Notes: generated by a model from the sequence alone, not told the origin. Numbered from the stretch's first letter, positions 29,334 to 39,201 are shown. The stretch is DNA of 64,000 nt from Candidatus Woesearchaeota archaeon (GCA_965205335.1 OZ242164.1:928001-992000); one strand, 5' to 3'. A program made the numbers and translations.

Positions 29334-31769
29334 ATGATTTCTCGTATAATTCCTTTTTTATTAAAAAGAAAATTACCACAAAAAAAGGAGGGTAAGGAGT
29401 CAGCAAAAGTAGCAAAAGGTGTTGCAGGAGGAGCAAATGAAGAATATAAGAAAGCGCAAGAAGAACATGATAAAGAATACAAGAAAGGATATGATAAGGC
29501 ACAAGAAGAATACAGAAAAGCACAAGAAGAACATGATAAAGAATACAAGAAAGGATATGATAATGCACAAGCCTCAGACAGAAAAGCACAAGAAGAAGGA
29601 AGACCAACAGAAACAACAAAAGTAGAAGGAACAAAAAAGAAAGAAAAGCAAAAAAAGAATGGAACTCTTAAAAGTATTATTGGTTTATATTCTGGAAGAA
29701 GAGCTAATAAAATATCTAAACAAATAAGCAGCAAATCAAACAACACACAGGAAAAATCTTTTAAAGTTATTGATTTAGGAAAATCAATTCTCTCTGGAAT
29801 ATTAATAAGTGCATTAATATTTTTGGCTATGGCTATAGTTGATATACAAAATACAATGAGTTTTGTATTCAAAGATTTAACTGGTTGGATAAGCGATCTC
29901 TTTGTATATATTATATCTATTTTTACAGACTCAGGAGTAATTGTATCAGATACAGTAGAATTACTTATTGGATGGATAATTTTATCATGGATATTTGCTA
30001 TGTTTTTAGTACTTTTTATATCAAGTGACAAAAAAGAAGGATTCTTAAAAGTCACAAGATATATGATTATTGGCATATTACTTGTTGGAGTTTGGGTTGG
30101 ATTTTCAAATTTATATTTAGATTCATCTCTTTCAACAGGAGAAAATGCCCGAGAAATAGGTGAGCAAGGAGCAGAAAATACACTCACTTTTTGGGATAAT
30201 TTAAAATGCCTCCTTTTGGATGCTGGGAGTTCTGTTTGTATTGAAAGATTAACTGAGACTGAGGTTAAACAATCCACAAGAATTGATTATTATATGAGAT
30301 TGGATATGCCAGACTCTACATACTCAAGACGTGATTTAAACAAATCAGTCCGCCTCCAATACACTTCAGTAACAGGCTCAAGCATCGAATTAACTAAGCT
30401 TGAATGCTATTATAACTCAAAAAAAGAATCAAACAAATTTTATAATAAAACTCTTGAGATTGAATTTGATACAGAAAATGCCATAACTCAGGATCCAAGG
30501 GATTTAACATGTGAACATGATTTGTTAAAACTAAAAGAACACATCTCAAGTTCAAAATTTCAGGAAATTAGAATAATTCCTGTGGTTTATTTCACTGTTG
30601 AGAAATCTATTGCGCAAGACATTCTAATTTATGATTATAAAGAATATGCAAGAAGAAATTTGCCCTCTGGACATTCATACTCTGATTATTCCTTAAAAAG
30701 TGAAATTAGAAAAGAAGAATCTTTTAATCTTGAACCCACAAGCAATATACCAATACCAAAAGTAACTTTCTCATCAAGTTTTGAAAATTCTCTTCCTGTA
30801 ATTGTTCAAGGCGATGAACTTGACTACATAAGATTTACTATGAAAATTGACTTTGATGAAAAAGATAGAGATTTAGGAAAAGTTACCAATATCACTATAA
30901 CTGAAATCAATCCTCCAAGTTCACTTGAATTAAACCCTGAACTTGAACTAATTAATGAGGAATTCTCTGCTAACCGTGATGGGGTTGTAGAGAAAACAAT
31001 AGAATTAACTGAAAGAGAAGGAGTTACTATTGGAGAAGATGAGGTTTATGCAATACAAAAACTAACAATAAATGCTTTAATAAATGTAGAGAATAGACAA
31101 GGTTTTATATACAGATTAGAATTAAGTGACGGAGAAATAAGGGAACTCAAAAATTTTGGAGAACCAGAACAAGAATATGGAACTGGTGGAATAAATGTTA
31201 GGTGGTCAGGCAGATTAGATGATAACCAAAAAAGATTTACAAGAGAAAATGCGAACAGTGTAGTTGGTAACTTAAAAAGAATTGAATTTGATGGTACTAA
31301 TGCATATGAATTTGCAAAGTCCCAAAGTTCTGCCAAAGGAATTCCTTTTGATATGACTCTTTCAATAATTGCGATTGAATCGGATGGGGGAAGCCTCAAT
31401 GCTAACAGTGGTAAATCAGCAGGATTAATGCAATTATCAGTTCCAACTGGAGAGATATATGGAGTTTCCCCTTCAGAAAGAAAAGACCCAAAAAAAAATA
31501 TTGAGGCAGGGACTTCCTATCTAAGAGATCTTCGTGGTAGGATTGGTAATGTGAATGATGTTGTTGCGGCATATAATGGGGGAGAATATGGAGAAGATGG
31601 AGCTTTAGGAGAGAGTAAAGATTGTCCGGGATTAAAAAGATATGAATGTGAATGGGATGATTCTGAGCACACAGATCCCAATGATGGTTATGATGAAACA
31701 AGAGATTACGTTCTAAAGTATAGGATAGCATCTTCTATTATTAAAGAAAAACCTAGAAACGAGGGATAA
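29334..31769 (+). CDS. Membrane protein with a C-terminal lytic transglycosylase (SLT) domain
   Basis: About 3-4 TM helices; SLT motifs IIAIES, SAGLMQL, DPKKNIEAGTSYL, VAAYNGG, ETRDYV. Confidence 0.88.
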   Translation: MISRIIPFLLKRKLPQKKEGKESAKVAKGVAGGANEEYKKAQEEHDKEYKKGYDKAQEEYRKAQEEHDKEYKKGYDNAQASDRKAQEEGRPTETTKVEGTKKKEKQKKNGTLKSIIGLYSGRRANKISKQISSKSNNTQEKSFKVIDLGKSILSGILISALIFLAMAIVDIQNTMSFVFKDLTGWISDLFVYIISIFTDSGVIVSDTVELLIGWIILSWIFAMFLVLFISSDKKEGFLKVTRYMIIGILLVGVWVGFSNLYLDSSLSTGENAREIGEQGAENTLTFWDNLKCLLLDAGSSVCIERLTETEVKQSTRIDYYMRLDMPDSTYSRRDLNKSVRLQYTSVTGSSIELTKLECYYNSKKESNKFYNKTLEIEFDTENAITQDPRDLTCEHDLLKLKEHISSSKFQEIRIIPVVYFTVEKSIAQDILIYDYKEYARRNLPSGHSYSDYSLKSEIRKEESFNLEPTSNIPIPKVTFSSSFENSLPVIVQGDELDYIRFTMKIDFDEKDRDLGKVTNITITEINPPSSLELNPELELINEEFSANRDGVVEKTIELTEREGVTIGEDEVYAIQKLTINALINVENRQGFIYRLELSDGEIRELKNFGEPEQEYGTGGINVRWSGRLDDNQKRFTRENANSVVGNLKRIEFDGTNAYEFAKSQSSAKGIPFDMTLSIIAIESDGGSLNANSGKSAGLMQLSVPTGEIYGVSPSERKDPKKNIEAGTSYLRDLRGRIGNVNDVVAAYNGGEYGEDGALGESKDCPGLKRYECEWDDSEHTDPNDGYDETRDYVLKYRIASSIIKEKPRNEG
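29439..29570 (+). repeat. 2 x 66-bp in-frame tandem repeat
   Basis: EEYKKAQEEHDKEYKKGYDKAQ / EEYRKAQEEHDKEYKKGYDNAQ. Confidence 0.9.
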
Positions 31770-31801
31770 TCTTAAAATTGAATTAGAATTCTCACATTCA
31801 C

Positions 31802-32965
31802 TTACTTGAACTTGTTTTTCACTCTTCTAACAAACTCATCATGATCTCTCTTGTCTACAATACACCCACTTGATGCGACATGCCCTCCTCCCTGAGATTT
31901 AAGACCTTTTCCGCACTCTCTAACTAATTTATTAACATCAACATCTCCCTTAGACCTAAAACTAAAAGAAACAAATTCCTTTGAATCCTTAAAATAAGCG
32001 CACGCAATAACTTTAAAATCAGAAATTCTATACGATAATTCTTCTGAAATCTGGCGGTTAAAACTAACACTTGTATCTGAATGTGTAACAAGAACCAAAG
32101 GATTACTATTTTCCAAAACCTCTTTTAAAATCTTAGAATAAACATCTCTAAACTCCCAATATAAATGGGAAAATTTTTCAAAAACACCTGTTTTCCCACT
32201 AACTAGATTTGCCTTAAAATCCGCAAAATCCATTTTTGAAATCTCCTCAACCGCAAGAAGTGCAGTTTGAGGTTTGAAAGACTTAAACAAAATATCAAAA
32301 AACATCTTAAATCTTATGAAATTACATTCATACCACAGATACTGAATCCATTTCCTTCTTGAAGAAGCAACCCTCATATCATCAAAAGAATATTTTCTGA
32401 TAAAATCAAATAATTCCTCTCTTTTAGAATTATCTATATCAAACATTGAATCAAATACTTTCCTATCATACTCATACAAATCAATAATAATGTCAAGCAA
32501 ATAAAAATCACTTAAACTGCCCAAAACAGCATACGGCAGATTTCTTTCATCATCACAGATTCGGTGCATCCAATAAGCACTGCTTCTTGAATCCTTCTGT
32601 GAGAAATTCAAGGGATTTAGAAAAAATAGATTTTCATTTTTTTTTTGTAGCTGTGAGATCTTCTCCTTATTAAATATATGATGATCTGCCCATAGAACAG
32701 GCCTTTTTCCTATTACATCAAAGAATTCTGATTTAATATGAGGAGTATCAAAAAAAATAACCAAATCATGTTCCTTGCGAATCTGAGTAATTGCTTCATT
32801 TTGAAATTCATCATCTTTTCCTAACGGATAACCTTTAAAATCCCTTAATTTTCTAAGTTGTAAAAAACTAGAACTTCCATCAGAATCAGTATCAAAAAAC
32901 ATAATAGGATTCTTTGAATTTTTAATCATTTCACGAGCTTTTAAGATTGCTTTTTTCTCATCCAT
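31802..32965 (-). CDS. DHH/DHHA1 family phosphoesterase
   Basis: DTDSDG, FFD, WADHH, FSFRS, GGGHVASSG. Confidence 0.85.
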   Translation of the reverse strand: MDEKKAILKAREMIKNSKNPIMFFDTDSDGSSSFLQLRKLRDFKGYPLGKDDEFQNEAITQIRKEHDLVIFFDTPHIKSEFFDVIGKRPVLWADHHIFNKEKISQLQKKNENLFFLNPLNFSQKDSRSSAYWMHRICDDERNLPYAVLGSLSDFYLLDIIIDLYEYDRKVFDSMFDIDNSKREELFDFIRKYSFDDMRVASSRRKWIQYLWYECNFIRFKMFFDILFKSFKPQTALLAVEEISKMDFADFKANLVSGKTGVFEKFSHLYWEFRDVYSKILKEVLENSNPLVLVTHSDTSVSFNRQISEELSYRISDFKVIACAYFKDSKEFVSFSFRSKGDVDVNKLVRECGKGLKSQGGGHVASSGCIVDKRDHDEFVRRVKNKFK

Positions 32966-33128
32966 TATTCATATATAATCAAACAATTAACTCACATTTA
33001 ATAAATTTACTTTTTTTCTTTTAATGTAAAAGAGCAGAATAATTATATAGTTAAAGTTTATCGTAATACTTATAAGTTCTTCTATTCTAAAAAGATTATA
33101 CAACAGAGATAGGGAGAAAAGAAAACAT

Positions 33129-34469
33129 ATGTTTGCTTCAAAAAAGAGATCTAGTAATAAGAGACACGGGCTGATGACAGTAAGAAGTTTGGTGTGCATG
33201 ACTGATAAGGAGTTGAGAAAAAAGAAGGATATTCTTACTAAGAAAATAAGAGAACTTAATAGACTTGAAAGCAGAAAAGATTGTAAAAATATTATTGCTC
33301 TTTTAGATGGTTATTTTATTCCTGAAATAGATAAAGTAATACGAATTGAACAGATTTTTAATCGCGCATTTGTGGATGAGACAACGGATATTCATATTAA
33401 AGAAGAGATTGAGGAACTATTAGTTTGCTTTGAAGATTTGAAGAGAGAAATTCTAAATGTCACTGATCTCAGTCTGTTTAAAAATAGAGTAGAAATTCTA
33501 AGAAGATATTTGCAGAAAGAACAATTTGAAACTTATGAAAAAGAGAAGAATGCTCTTATTATGGTAGTGGGAATTCAAAGGAATTCTATTGAATATTGGA
33601 AAAAAAAGTTTATGAGAATTGTTTTTTATCCAGGTTTAGTATTTTCTTTCTTGAGTGTCCTTTGTCTTTCCTATAATGATTTTTCTCATAATAGTAAGGA
33701 GGTAAATGATGTAGAGCCGATGGTTCTTTTTGACTCATTGATAAGAAACTATGTATTGGAATCTAATGTTTATTATTATAAAAGTATTAAGATTCATAAT
33801 AGATTAGAGAGGGACTCCAATAATAATGTTGAAATAATCTGTGAGATAGCATCTCGGTACTTCAATTTTGAAAATTTGGCCAATATGGGATTACAAGGGA
33901 TTGTCTTTTTAAACATACAGGATTTTATCAATGATTATGATTATGAAATTAATATGACATTGGGGCTAAAGGATTTATTAATGAATATAACAGGATTTTA
34001 TAATTCTATGACAGGGAGAGTTTTTGTTGGTAGTTTAGAAGGTGAAAGTTACACTTTAGAGTTAGATGTTATTTTTCATGAGATGGGACATTTTATACAT
34101 TTCAATTTAGAAAATAAAGAAGAATTTGATAGGGATTTTATTAGGATTCAACCCAATATTCTTATCTCAGAGTCTGTTAGCATAATGAGATCTATAAGAA
34201 ATCAATCAGGTGAGAGAGAGTTTAGTGATGAAACTATTAATAAGGAGATGGTTACAAGACTACTTTCAATGATATTACTGACTCATTATTTCATTGGGAT
34301 AGCCCAAGAGGAATTCACATTAGATGAATTTGTAGGATATTTTTTGAACAGGTGGGAAGAGGAACTTTCAAAGGATTATAAATTAGAAGAACATGAAATT
34401 AAATTGAAAGAACTTATACATTTATATCAAAAATGGGGTTTTATCCCTAAGAATCTTTTTAATATCTAA
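33129..34469 (+). CDS. Single-pass membrane protein with a zincin-like HEXXH domain
   Basis: Central TM helix; TGFYN...IFHEMGHFIH, downstream Glu (NKEMV). Confidence 0.65.
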   Translation: MFASKKRSSNKRHGLMTVRSLVCMTDKELRKKKDILTKKIRELNRLESRKDCKNIIALLDGYFIPEIDKVIRIEQIFNRAFVDETTDIHIKEEIEELLVCFEDLKREILNVTDLSLFKNRVEILRRYLQKEQFETYEKEKNALIMVVGIQRNSIEYWKKKFMRIVFYPGLVFSFLSVLCLSYNDFSHNSKEVNDVEPMVLFDSLIRNYVLESNVYYYKSIKIHNRLERDSNNNVEIICEIASRYFNFENLANMGLQGIVFLNIQDFINDYDYEINMTLGLKDLLMNITGFYNSMTGRVFVGSLEGESYTLELDVIFHEMGHFIHFNLENKEEFDRDFIRIQPNILISESVSIMRSIRNQSGEREFSDETINKEMVTRLLSMILLTHYFIGIAQEEFTLDEFVGYFLNRWEEELSKDYKLEEHEIKLKELIHLYQKWGFIPKNLFNI

Positions 34470-34519
34470 AATTACTATCCAAAATCAAATATATATAAGA
34501 ACTCATAAGAATATTTGAG

Positions 34520-34594
34520 CGTGGCTTCCAGGATTTGAACCTGGGTCCAAGCGTCCCAAACGCCCGATGATAGACCAGACTACACCAAAGCCAC
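34520..34594 (-). tRNA. tRNA-Pro(TGG)
   Basis: GTGGCTT/AAGCCAC acceptor stem, anticodon loop TTTGGGA, GGTTCAAATCC. Confidence 0.95.
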
Positions 34595-34610
34595 AATAAA
34601 AAGGAATTAT

Positions 34611-35210
34611 TTATTCAGCATCAGAGAAATCATCAAAGGTGTATTTAAAATCTTTCTCTTTAATAATGCCTCTATTGATTAAGTAGTGTTTTGCCACAAG
34701 ACAAAAAGCAATTGCAAGAGATTTTTTCCCTTTATTATTAATTGGAATAACAAAATCTAATTTATTTGTAACATTATTTGTATCACAGAAACCTATTGTA
34801 ATATTTCCTCTCTCAAACGCTTCATTTAATATATTTTTATCAGTTAAAGGATCACATACAATTACAACCTTATACTCTTTAAAATTATCTAAAGCAGTAT
34901 TTGTTAATTTGCCCGGAAGGTATCTGCCTGTGAAAATATCACATCCAACAACCTTTGAGAAAACAGACAATGGTTTTTTTGCATTTTCACGTCTCCCCAT
35001 AACAACAAACTCAGATGGTTCATATCTTGATAGTATATTAATTAGGCATTTAATCCTTTCATCAGTTATTTCTGAATTTAAGATTTTCAATCCATCTGCT
35101 CTTGATTTAAGAATGAATTTATCTGTATAACTGTTCTTAAATCTTGTCCCGATATGAACCCCGGCAGAAAGATAATCTTCCATAGATGCAAGTGTATTCT
35201 CATTTGCCAT
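34611..35210 (-). CDS. rps2: 30S ribosomal protein S2
   Basis: YLSAGVHIGT, GRYLPGKLTN, DTNN, IPINNKGKKSLA. Confidence 0.96.
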   Translation of the reverse strand: MANENTLASMEDYLSAGVHIGTRFKNSYTDKFILKSRADGLKILNSEITDERIKCLINILSRYEPSEFVVMGRRENAKKPLSVFSKVVGCDIFTGRYLPGKLTNTALDNFKEYKVVIVCDPLTDKNILNEAFERGNITIGFCDTNNVTNKLDFVIPINNKGKKSLAIAFCLVAKHYLINRGIIKEKDFKYTFDDFSDAE

Positions 35211-35232
35211 ATCTAAAATAAATAAATATCAC

Positions 35233-35240
35233 TTTATAAA
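35233..35240 (-). promoter_or_regulatory. Archaeal TATA box of rps2 (probably leaderless transcript)
   Basis: TTTATAAA 23-30 bp upstream of ATG 35210; similar spacing recurs at many genes. Confidence 0.55.
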
Positions 35241-35254
35241 TCTTAGGTAACTCT

Positions 35255-35382
35255 GGCTCTGTCCGGAAATTCAAGAGAACTTAAAATATTGTATCAATAA
35301 AGCAACTTTTGACGAATAATTTTTTTCTTTGATTGAATATAGTTAGCATAGATTTTGGAAAAAGCAATTTCCGGACAGAGCC
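35255..35382. mobile_element. 128-bp MITE (IS5/ISH1-related), copy 1
   Basis: TIR GGCTCTGTCCGGAAATT...AATTTCCGGACAGAGCC; 8-bp TSD GTAACTCT (35247-35254, 35383-35390). Confidence 0.93.
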
Positions 35383-35468
35383 GTAACTCTAAATTATAGA
35401 TTGTATACATAATTCTAAATTAAATCCTGATTAGAAACATATATAAATACAATCTCATTTTTTTAAAT

Positions 35469-35879
35469 ATGTCAGAGGTTAAATTAACACATGCCAGTTC
35501 CTTAAAGCCGGGAAGTTATATTCTAATTGATAATTCTCCATGTATTGTGAAAGATATTAGCACTTCAAGACCTGGAAAACATGGACACGCAAAGGTTAGA
35601 ATTAAAGCAACAGACATTATTTCCGGTTCAACTAAAGAGGTTGTAAAACCGGGACATGATAATGTGGAAGTTCCCATCATCTACAAAAAAGAGGGACAGG
35701 TTCTGTCAGTTAGCGAGGATTTAATTGAGTTAATGGATATGGAATCATTTGAAACCCTTAGTGCTCAGGTTAAAAATGTTGATGACCAGATTTCAGGGCA
35801 AATTGAGGCAGGGCAGACTGTTCTCTTCTGGGAAGTTATGGGTAAAATCCTAATTAAACAAATAAAGGAGGGAGCATAG
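35469..35879 (+). CDS. eif5a: Translation factor aIF5A
   Basis: Hypusine motif SRPGKHGHAK; LMDMESFET. Confidence 0.96.
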   Translation: MSEVKLTHASSLKPGSYILIDNSPCIVKDISTSRPGKHGHAKVRIKATDIISGSTKEVVKPGHDNVEVPIIYKKEGQVLSVSEDLIELMDMESFETLSAQVKNVDDQISGQIEAGQTVLFWEVMGKILIKQIKEGA

Positions 35880-35886
35880 ATAAAAA

Positions 35887-36057
35887 ATGGGAACTTTTCC
35901 TGAGGCTGAGGCTAGATTATTTGGTAGTGTGTATATATGCAGAAAGTGTGAGAGAAAGACCAGAGTACCAGTTAATAAAGTCCTTGCAGGCAAAGGAGTT
36001 TGTTCTAAATGTGGTTCCAAACAGTTAAGAGTTGTCAGAAAGAGATCTAAAAGTTAA
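35887..36057 (+). CDS. rpl40e: 50S ribosomal protein L40e
   Basis: Hand translation: MGTFPEAEARLFGSVYICRKCERKTR...CSKCGSKQLRVVRKRSKS. Confidence 0.9.
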   Translation: MGTFPEAEARLFGSVYICRKCERKTRVPVNKVLAGKGVCSKCGSKQLRVVRKRSKS

Positions 36058-36146
36058 GTAGGTTTGCTAATAGTCTTTCATCACAGATAATGTAACAAAA
36101 AGTTTATAAATAATAAGATTTGACATTTACATATTGAAATTAAAGA

Positions 36147-36512
36147 ATGGTAAGGTTTTTAAATTCAAGAAGGGGAAGAGAGGAGTTTATTGAGGACGAA
36201 ACAGGAGATTATCTTTCAATAACGGAATCTGATGTTGTTTCAGGGAGAGAAGACTCCCTTTTAGATGTTAGGGTGTTCGTTTTGGATGATTACGAGAACA
36301 TCCGGGAAATATTGGATTGTATTCGAGGTGATAAGACTATGTGCTTAATTGACATTCACCTTTTAAGAAATAAAGATCCTGATGAATTAAGAAGAGCAGT
36401 TGATAAACTTAGAAAAACAGTAGAGGCAATCTCAGGAGAATTAGTGGGCTTTCACGAAAACTGGATTTTATCAGTTCCTAAGAATGTTCATATTCATAAG
36501 GGTAAAAAGTAA
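36147..36512 (+). CDS. sepF: Cell division protein SepF (archaeal type)
   Basis: ILDCIRG...LIDI..L...ELRRAVDKLRKTVEAISGELVG...ILSVP. Confidence 0.85.
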   Translation: MVRFLNSRRGREEFIEDETGDYLSITESDVVSGREDSLLDVRVFVLDDYENIREILDCIRGDKTMCLIDIHLLRNKDPDELRRAVDKLRKTVEAISGELVGFHENWILSVPKNVHIHKGKK

Positions 36513-36535
36513 TTCTCTTATTTATTATTCTAATA

Positions 36536-37453
36536 TTATTTAACTTTGTAACTGAAATAATCATATGCAGATATAGTATTTTCAAAGAATTCCTTGGCTT
36601 CCTCCTCAATTTCTTTAATATCCTTGTATCTCTGGGAAAAATGTGTTATTAGAAGTGTTCCAATATTATTTTCCGCAGCAATCTGGGCGGTTTCGCGAGC
36701 ACTCATATGATCATATTCTTCAGCCTTATCTGCATGAGTTTTGTATATATAAGTTGCCTCCATTACTAAATAATCTGAATCCTTAACTAAAAGATTGATT
36801 TCTTTGCATGGTCTTGTATCAAATACAAATGAAATCTTCATACCTTTTTTCTTATACGTTAAATCCTCTGGCTTGATTTTCCTCCCATTAAACTCTATTG
36901 GAAGCCCCATCTTTGCTCTTGCTAATAAAGGTGATTTTTCAAGTCCCAATTCTTTAGCTTTATCTTTATCTATATTTAAGGTATCTTTTACCTTAAAAGA
37001 ATATCCAATGCAGGGAACACTATGATTTAACTTGGCGCAGTGAATTTCATAATCAGATTTATCAATAATTTTAAGAACTTGGGATGCCTTTGGTTTGTGT
37101 TCAAAAACCTCTATTTGGGCAAGTTTTCCTGTAATTGAACCTTTGAGTGTATGTTCTACAAATTTTTTGCTCTTAATTGGGCCATGAATTTCAATCTTAG
37201 TTACTCCATCTGTATTTGAAAGAGTCTGCAATAGTCCTGCAAGCCCTAAAACGTGATCTCCGTGCCAGTGTGAAATGAAGATTTTTTTAATCTTTCCAAT
37301 TGGGAGTTTCATAATTTTAACTTGCTTCTGTGTGTTTTCTCCACAGTCAAACAGGAAAATATTACCGTTATATTCAAGAGCAGTTGATAAATGGTTTCTA
37401 TCCTTTGTTGGGACCATGCAGGAAGTTCCTAAAAAATGCAGTTTATTTGTCAT
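36536..37453 (-). CDS. rnz: Ribonuclease Z
   Basis: FLGTSCMVPTKDRN, DCGE, SHWHGDH, DTRP, EATY, THFSQRY. Confidence 0.95.
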   Translation of the reverse strand: MTNKLHFLGTSCMVPTKDRNHLSTALEYNGNIFLFDCGENTQKQVKIMKLPIGKIKKIFISHWHGDHVLGLAGLLQTLSNTDGVTKIEIHGPIKSKKFVEHTLKGSITGKLAQIEVFEHKPKASQVLKIIDKSDYEIHCAKLNHSVPCIGYSFKVKDTLNIDKDKAKELGLEKSPLLARAKMGLPIEFNGRKIKPEDLTYKKKGMKISFVFDTRPCKEINLLVKDSDYLVMEATYIYKTHADKAEEYDHMSARETAQIAAENNIGTLLITHFSQRYKDIKEIEEEAKEFFENTISAYDYFSYKVK

Positions 37454-37496
37454 ATTTCTATCTCTTATAAGAATTAGTTGGATTTTATTTATAAGT

Positions 37497-38423
37497 TTAT
37501 TTTAAAAGAGTTGTTGGTGTAGAATCTGATATAATCCCGTTTTGAGTGCCAATTCCAAGTCTTTCAAGTAATTTTGGTTCTGGTCCATAATTTACAATAA
37601 TTGCATTTTCAAACTCTTTTTTAAGTTCTTCTGTAACATCCGGGTAATGTCCTATTTCATCAATAAATCCTATTTCCAAAGCCTTTGAGCCTAAAAATAT
37701 TTCCCCTGTTGCATATTTCTCAACTTCTCCATATGTCATATTGCGATTCATTGCTACATGATGTATGAAGTTTCTATGGATTTCATCTAAAATATCTTGG
37801 ATTATTCGCTCTTCCTCTTCTGTTGGTTCTCTAAAAGGCGAATTTAAATCCTTAAACTCTCCTGCTGTTTGTCTTCTGTATGAAATATTATATTCTTTAA
37901 TAAAATCCTCAAAACCAAGCCCGGCACTTGTTACTCCAATACTGCCAACAGCAGACATTCTTGATGCATATGTTTTATTTGCAGAAACTGCAATCCAGAA
38001 AGCTCCGCTAAGTCCCATATCATTAATGAGAGCATACACAGGTTTTTCCTTTTTCAATTCAATTATAGCGTTTGATATTTCCTCTGTTGCAACAGGAGAG
38101 CCTCCGGGAGAATTAATATCAAGAATTACTGCTTTTACTGAATCATCATCTTTGAAATCATATAATTGATTTGCAATCTCTCTTGAAGAAGAGGATTTTC
38201 CGTAGATGAGTGAATTTGTTTTCTCAGATAGAAGTGTTCCTTCAATTGGAAGTACTGCTATTTTAGGGGACAGGCTCATGCTCAAAGATGAGAACAAACT
38301 TGATAGAAGAAAAAATGCAATAAAAACCAAAAAGAACGTTTTAAAACTAAACCAACTTCGTTTATTTTGTTTACTTTCCTGTGGGTCTTTTCTGCCCTTT
38401 TCAAACTTAACATAATCAACCAT
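37497..38423 (-). CDS. sppA: Signal peptide peptidase SppA (S49)
   Basis: INSPGG, SGAFWIA, GSIGV, GEFKD, ATGEIF.G..A. Confidence 0.93.
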   Translation of the reverse strand: MVDYVKFEKGRKDPQESKQNKRSWFSFKTFFLVFIAFFLLSSLFSSLSMSLSPKIAVLPIEGTLLSEKTNSLIYGKSSSSREIANQLYDFKDDDSVKAVILDINSPGGSPVATEEISNAIIELKKEKPVYALINDMGLSGAFWIAVSANKTYASRMSAVGSIGVTSAGLGFEDFIKEYNISYRRQTAGEFKDLNSPFREPTEEEERIIQDILDEIHRNFIHHVAMNRNMTYGEVEKYATGEIFLGSKALEIGFIDEIGHYPDVTEELKKEFENAIIVNYGPEPKLLERLGIGTQNGIISDSTPTTLLK

Positions 38424-38513
38424 ATTTTAGCGTATTAATTTGTGTTTATAAAACTTGTTTTATTTTTATGTGCAAAGAGTTACATTTTTAAATATGTGGT
38501 ATCTTGATTGTTT

Positions 38514-38771
38514 ATGGTTAAAGTTAAATTATACACGAAAACATATTGTCCGTATTGTCATGCGGCTTTGGATTTTTTTAAGGAACACAGAATTAAAGTT
38601 GAAAACATTGATGTAACAGATGATGAAACGCCTCTAAAAGAAATAGCTGATAAGACAAATAATCATAAAACAGTTCCCCAGATATTCATAAATTATGAAT
38701 TTATAGGTGGGACAGATGAACTATTTCAGAAATATGAAGCAGGAGAATTAGATAAAATATTGAAGAATTAA
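38514..38771 (+). CDS. Glutaredoxin (GrxC-like)
   Basis: CPYC, TVPQIFI, IGGTD. Confidence 0.92.
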   Translation: MVKVKLYTKTYCPYCHAALDFFKEHRIKVENIDVTDDETPLKEIADKTNNHKTVPQIFINYEFIGGTDELFQKYEAGELDKILKN

Positions 38772-38805
38772 ACATAAGAGGAAATAAATTAATCATAGAA
38801 AAAAC

Positions 38806-39120
38806 TTAATTTTTTTGATAAAAAAACCCCTTTAAGTTGACAACTCTGTTTTCCATCCCATACTTATACACATTATAATTTGAAGAAAGAAAAAGTTCTT
38901 CAATTAAAGTTTCAGCAATTCTTCCTTTAATCATACCTTCTTTATTTTTCTTTTTTTTATCTGAAAGACCTTTCTCACCATCTGTTATCAATTCTCCTGA
39001 TGAAGATTCTTTTTGATGCTTTCTACATAACGGAAGATCATAGTTCTCAATAGAATATTTATACTCTTTCTCAGTAATATTTTTATTACAAGTGTTACAA
39101 TAATGGACTTTTAATGACAT
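38806..39120 (-). CDS. Small Zn-finger protein, possibly a truncated nuclease
   Basis: CxxC...CxxH, then KGRIAETLIEELF..YNVYKYG, resembling the start of a PD-(D/E)XK domain. Confidence 0.5.
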   Translation of the reverse strand: MSLKVHYCNTCNKNITEKEYKYSIENYDLPLCRKHQKESSSGELITDGEKGLSDKKKKNKEGMIKGRIAETLIEELFLSSNYNVYKYGMENRVVNLKGFFYQKN

Positions 39121-39201
39121 ATTTTATTTAAAAATCTCCAAGTTTATAAATGATTTGCTAAAAGTCAGTTTTTTTGAGTTATATATAACCCCAGCAACAA
39201 G

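Noticed and set aside
29439-29570. Repeats as a possible CRISPR array
   Set aside because: In-frame coding repeat without spacers; no CRISPR array or cas gene was seen in the window
29324-30277. 317-aa minus-strand ORF with repeats
   Set aside because: Antisense shadow of the SLT gene and its repeat
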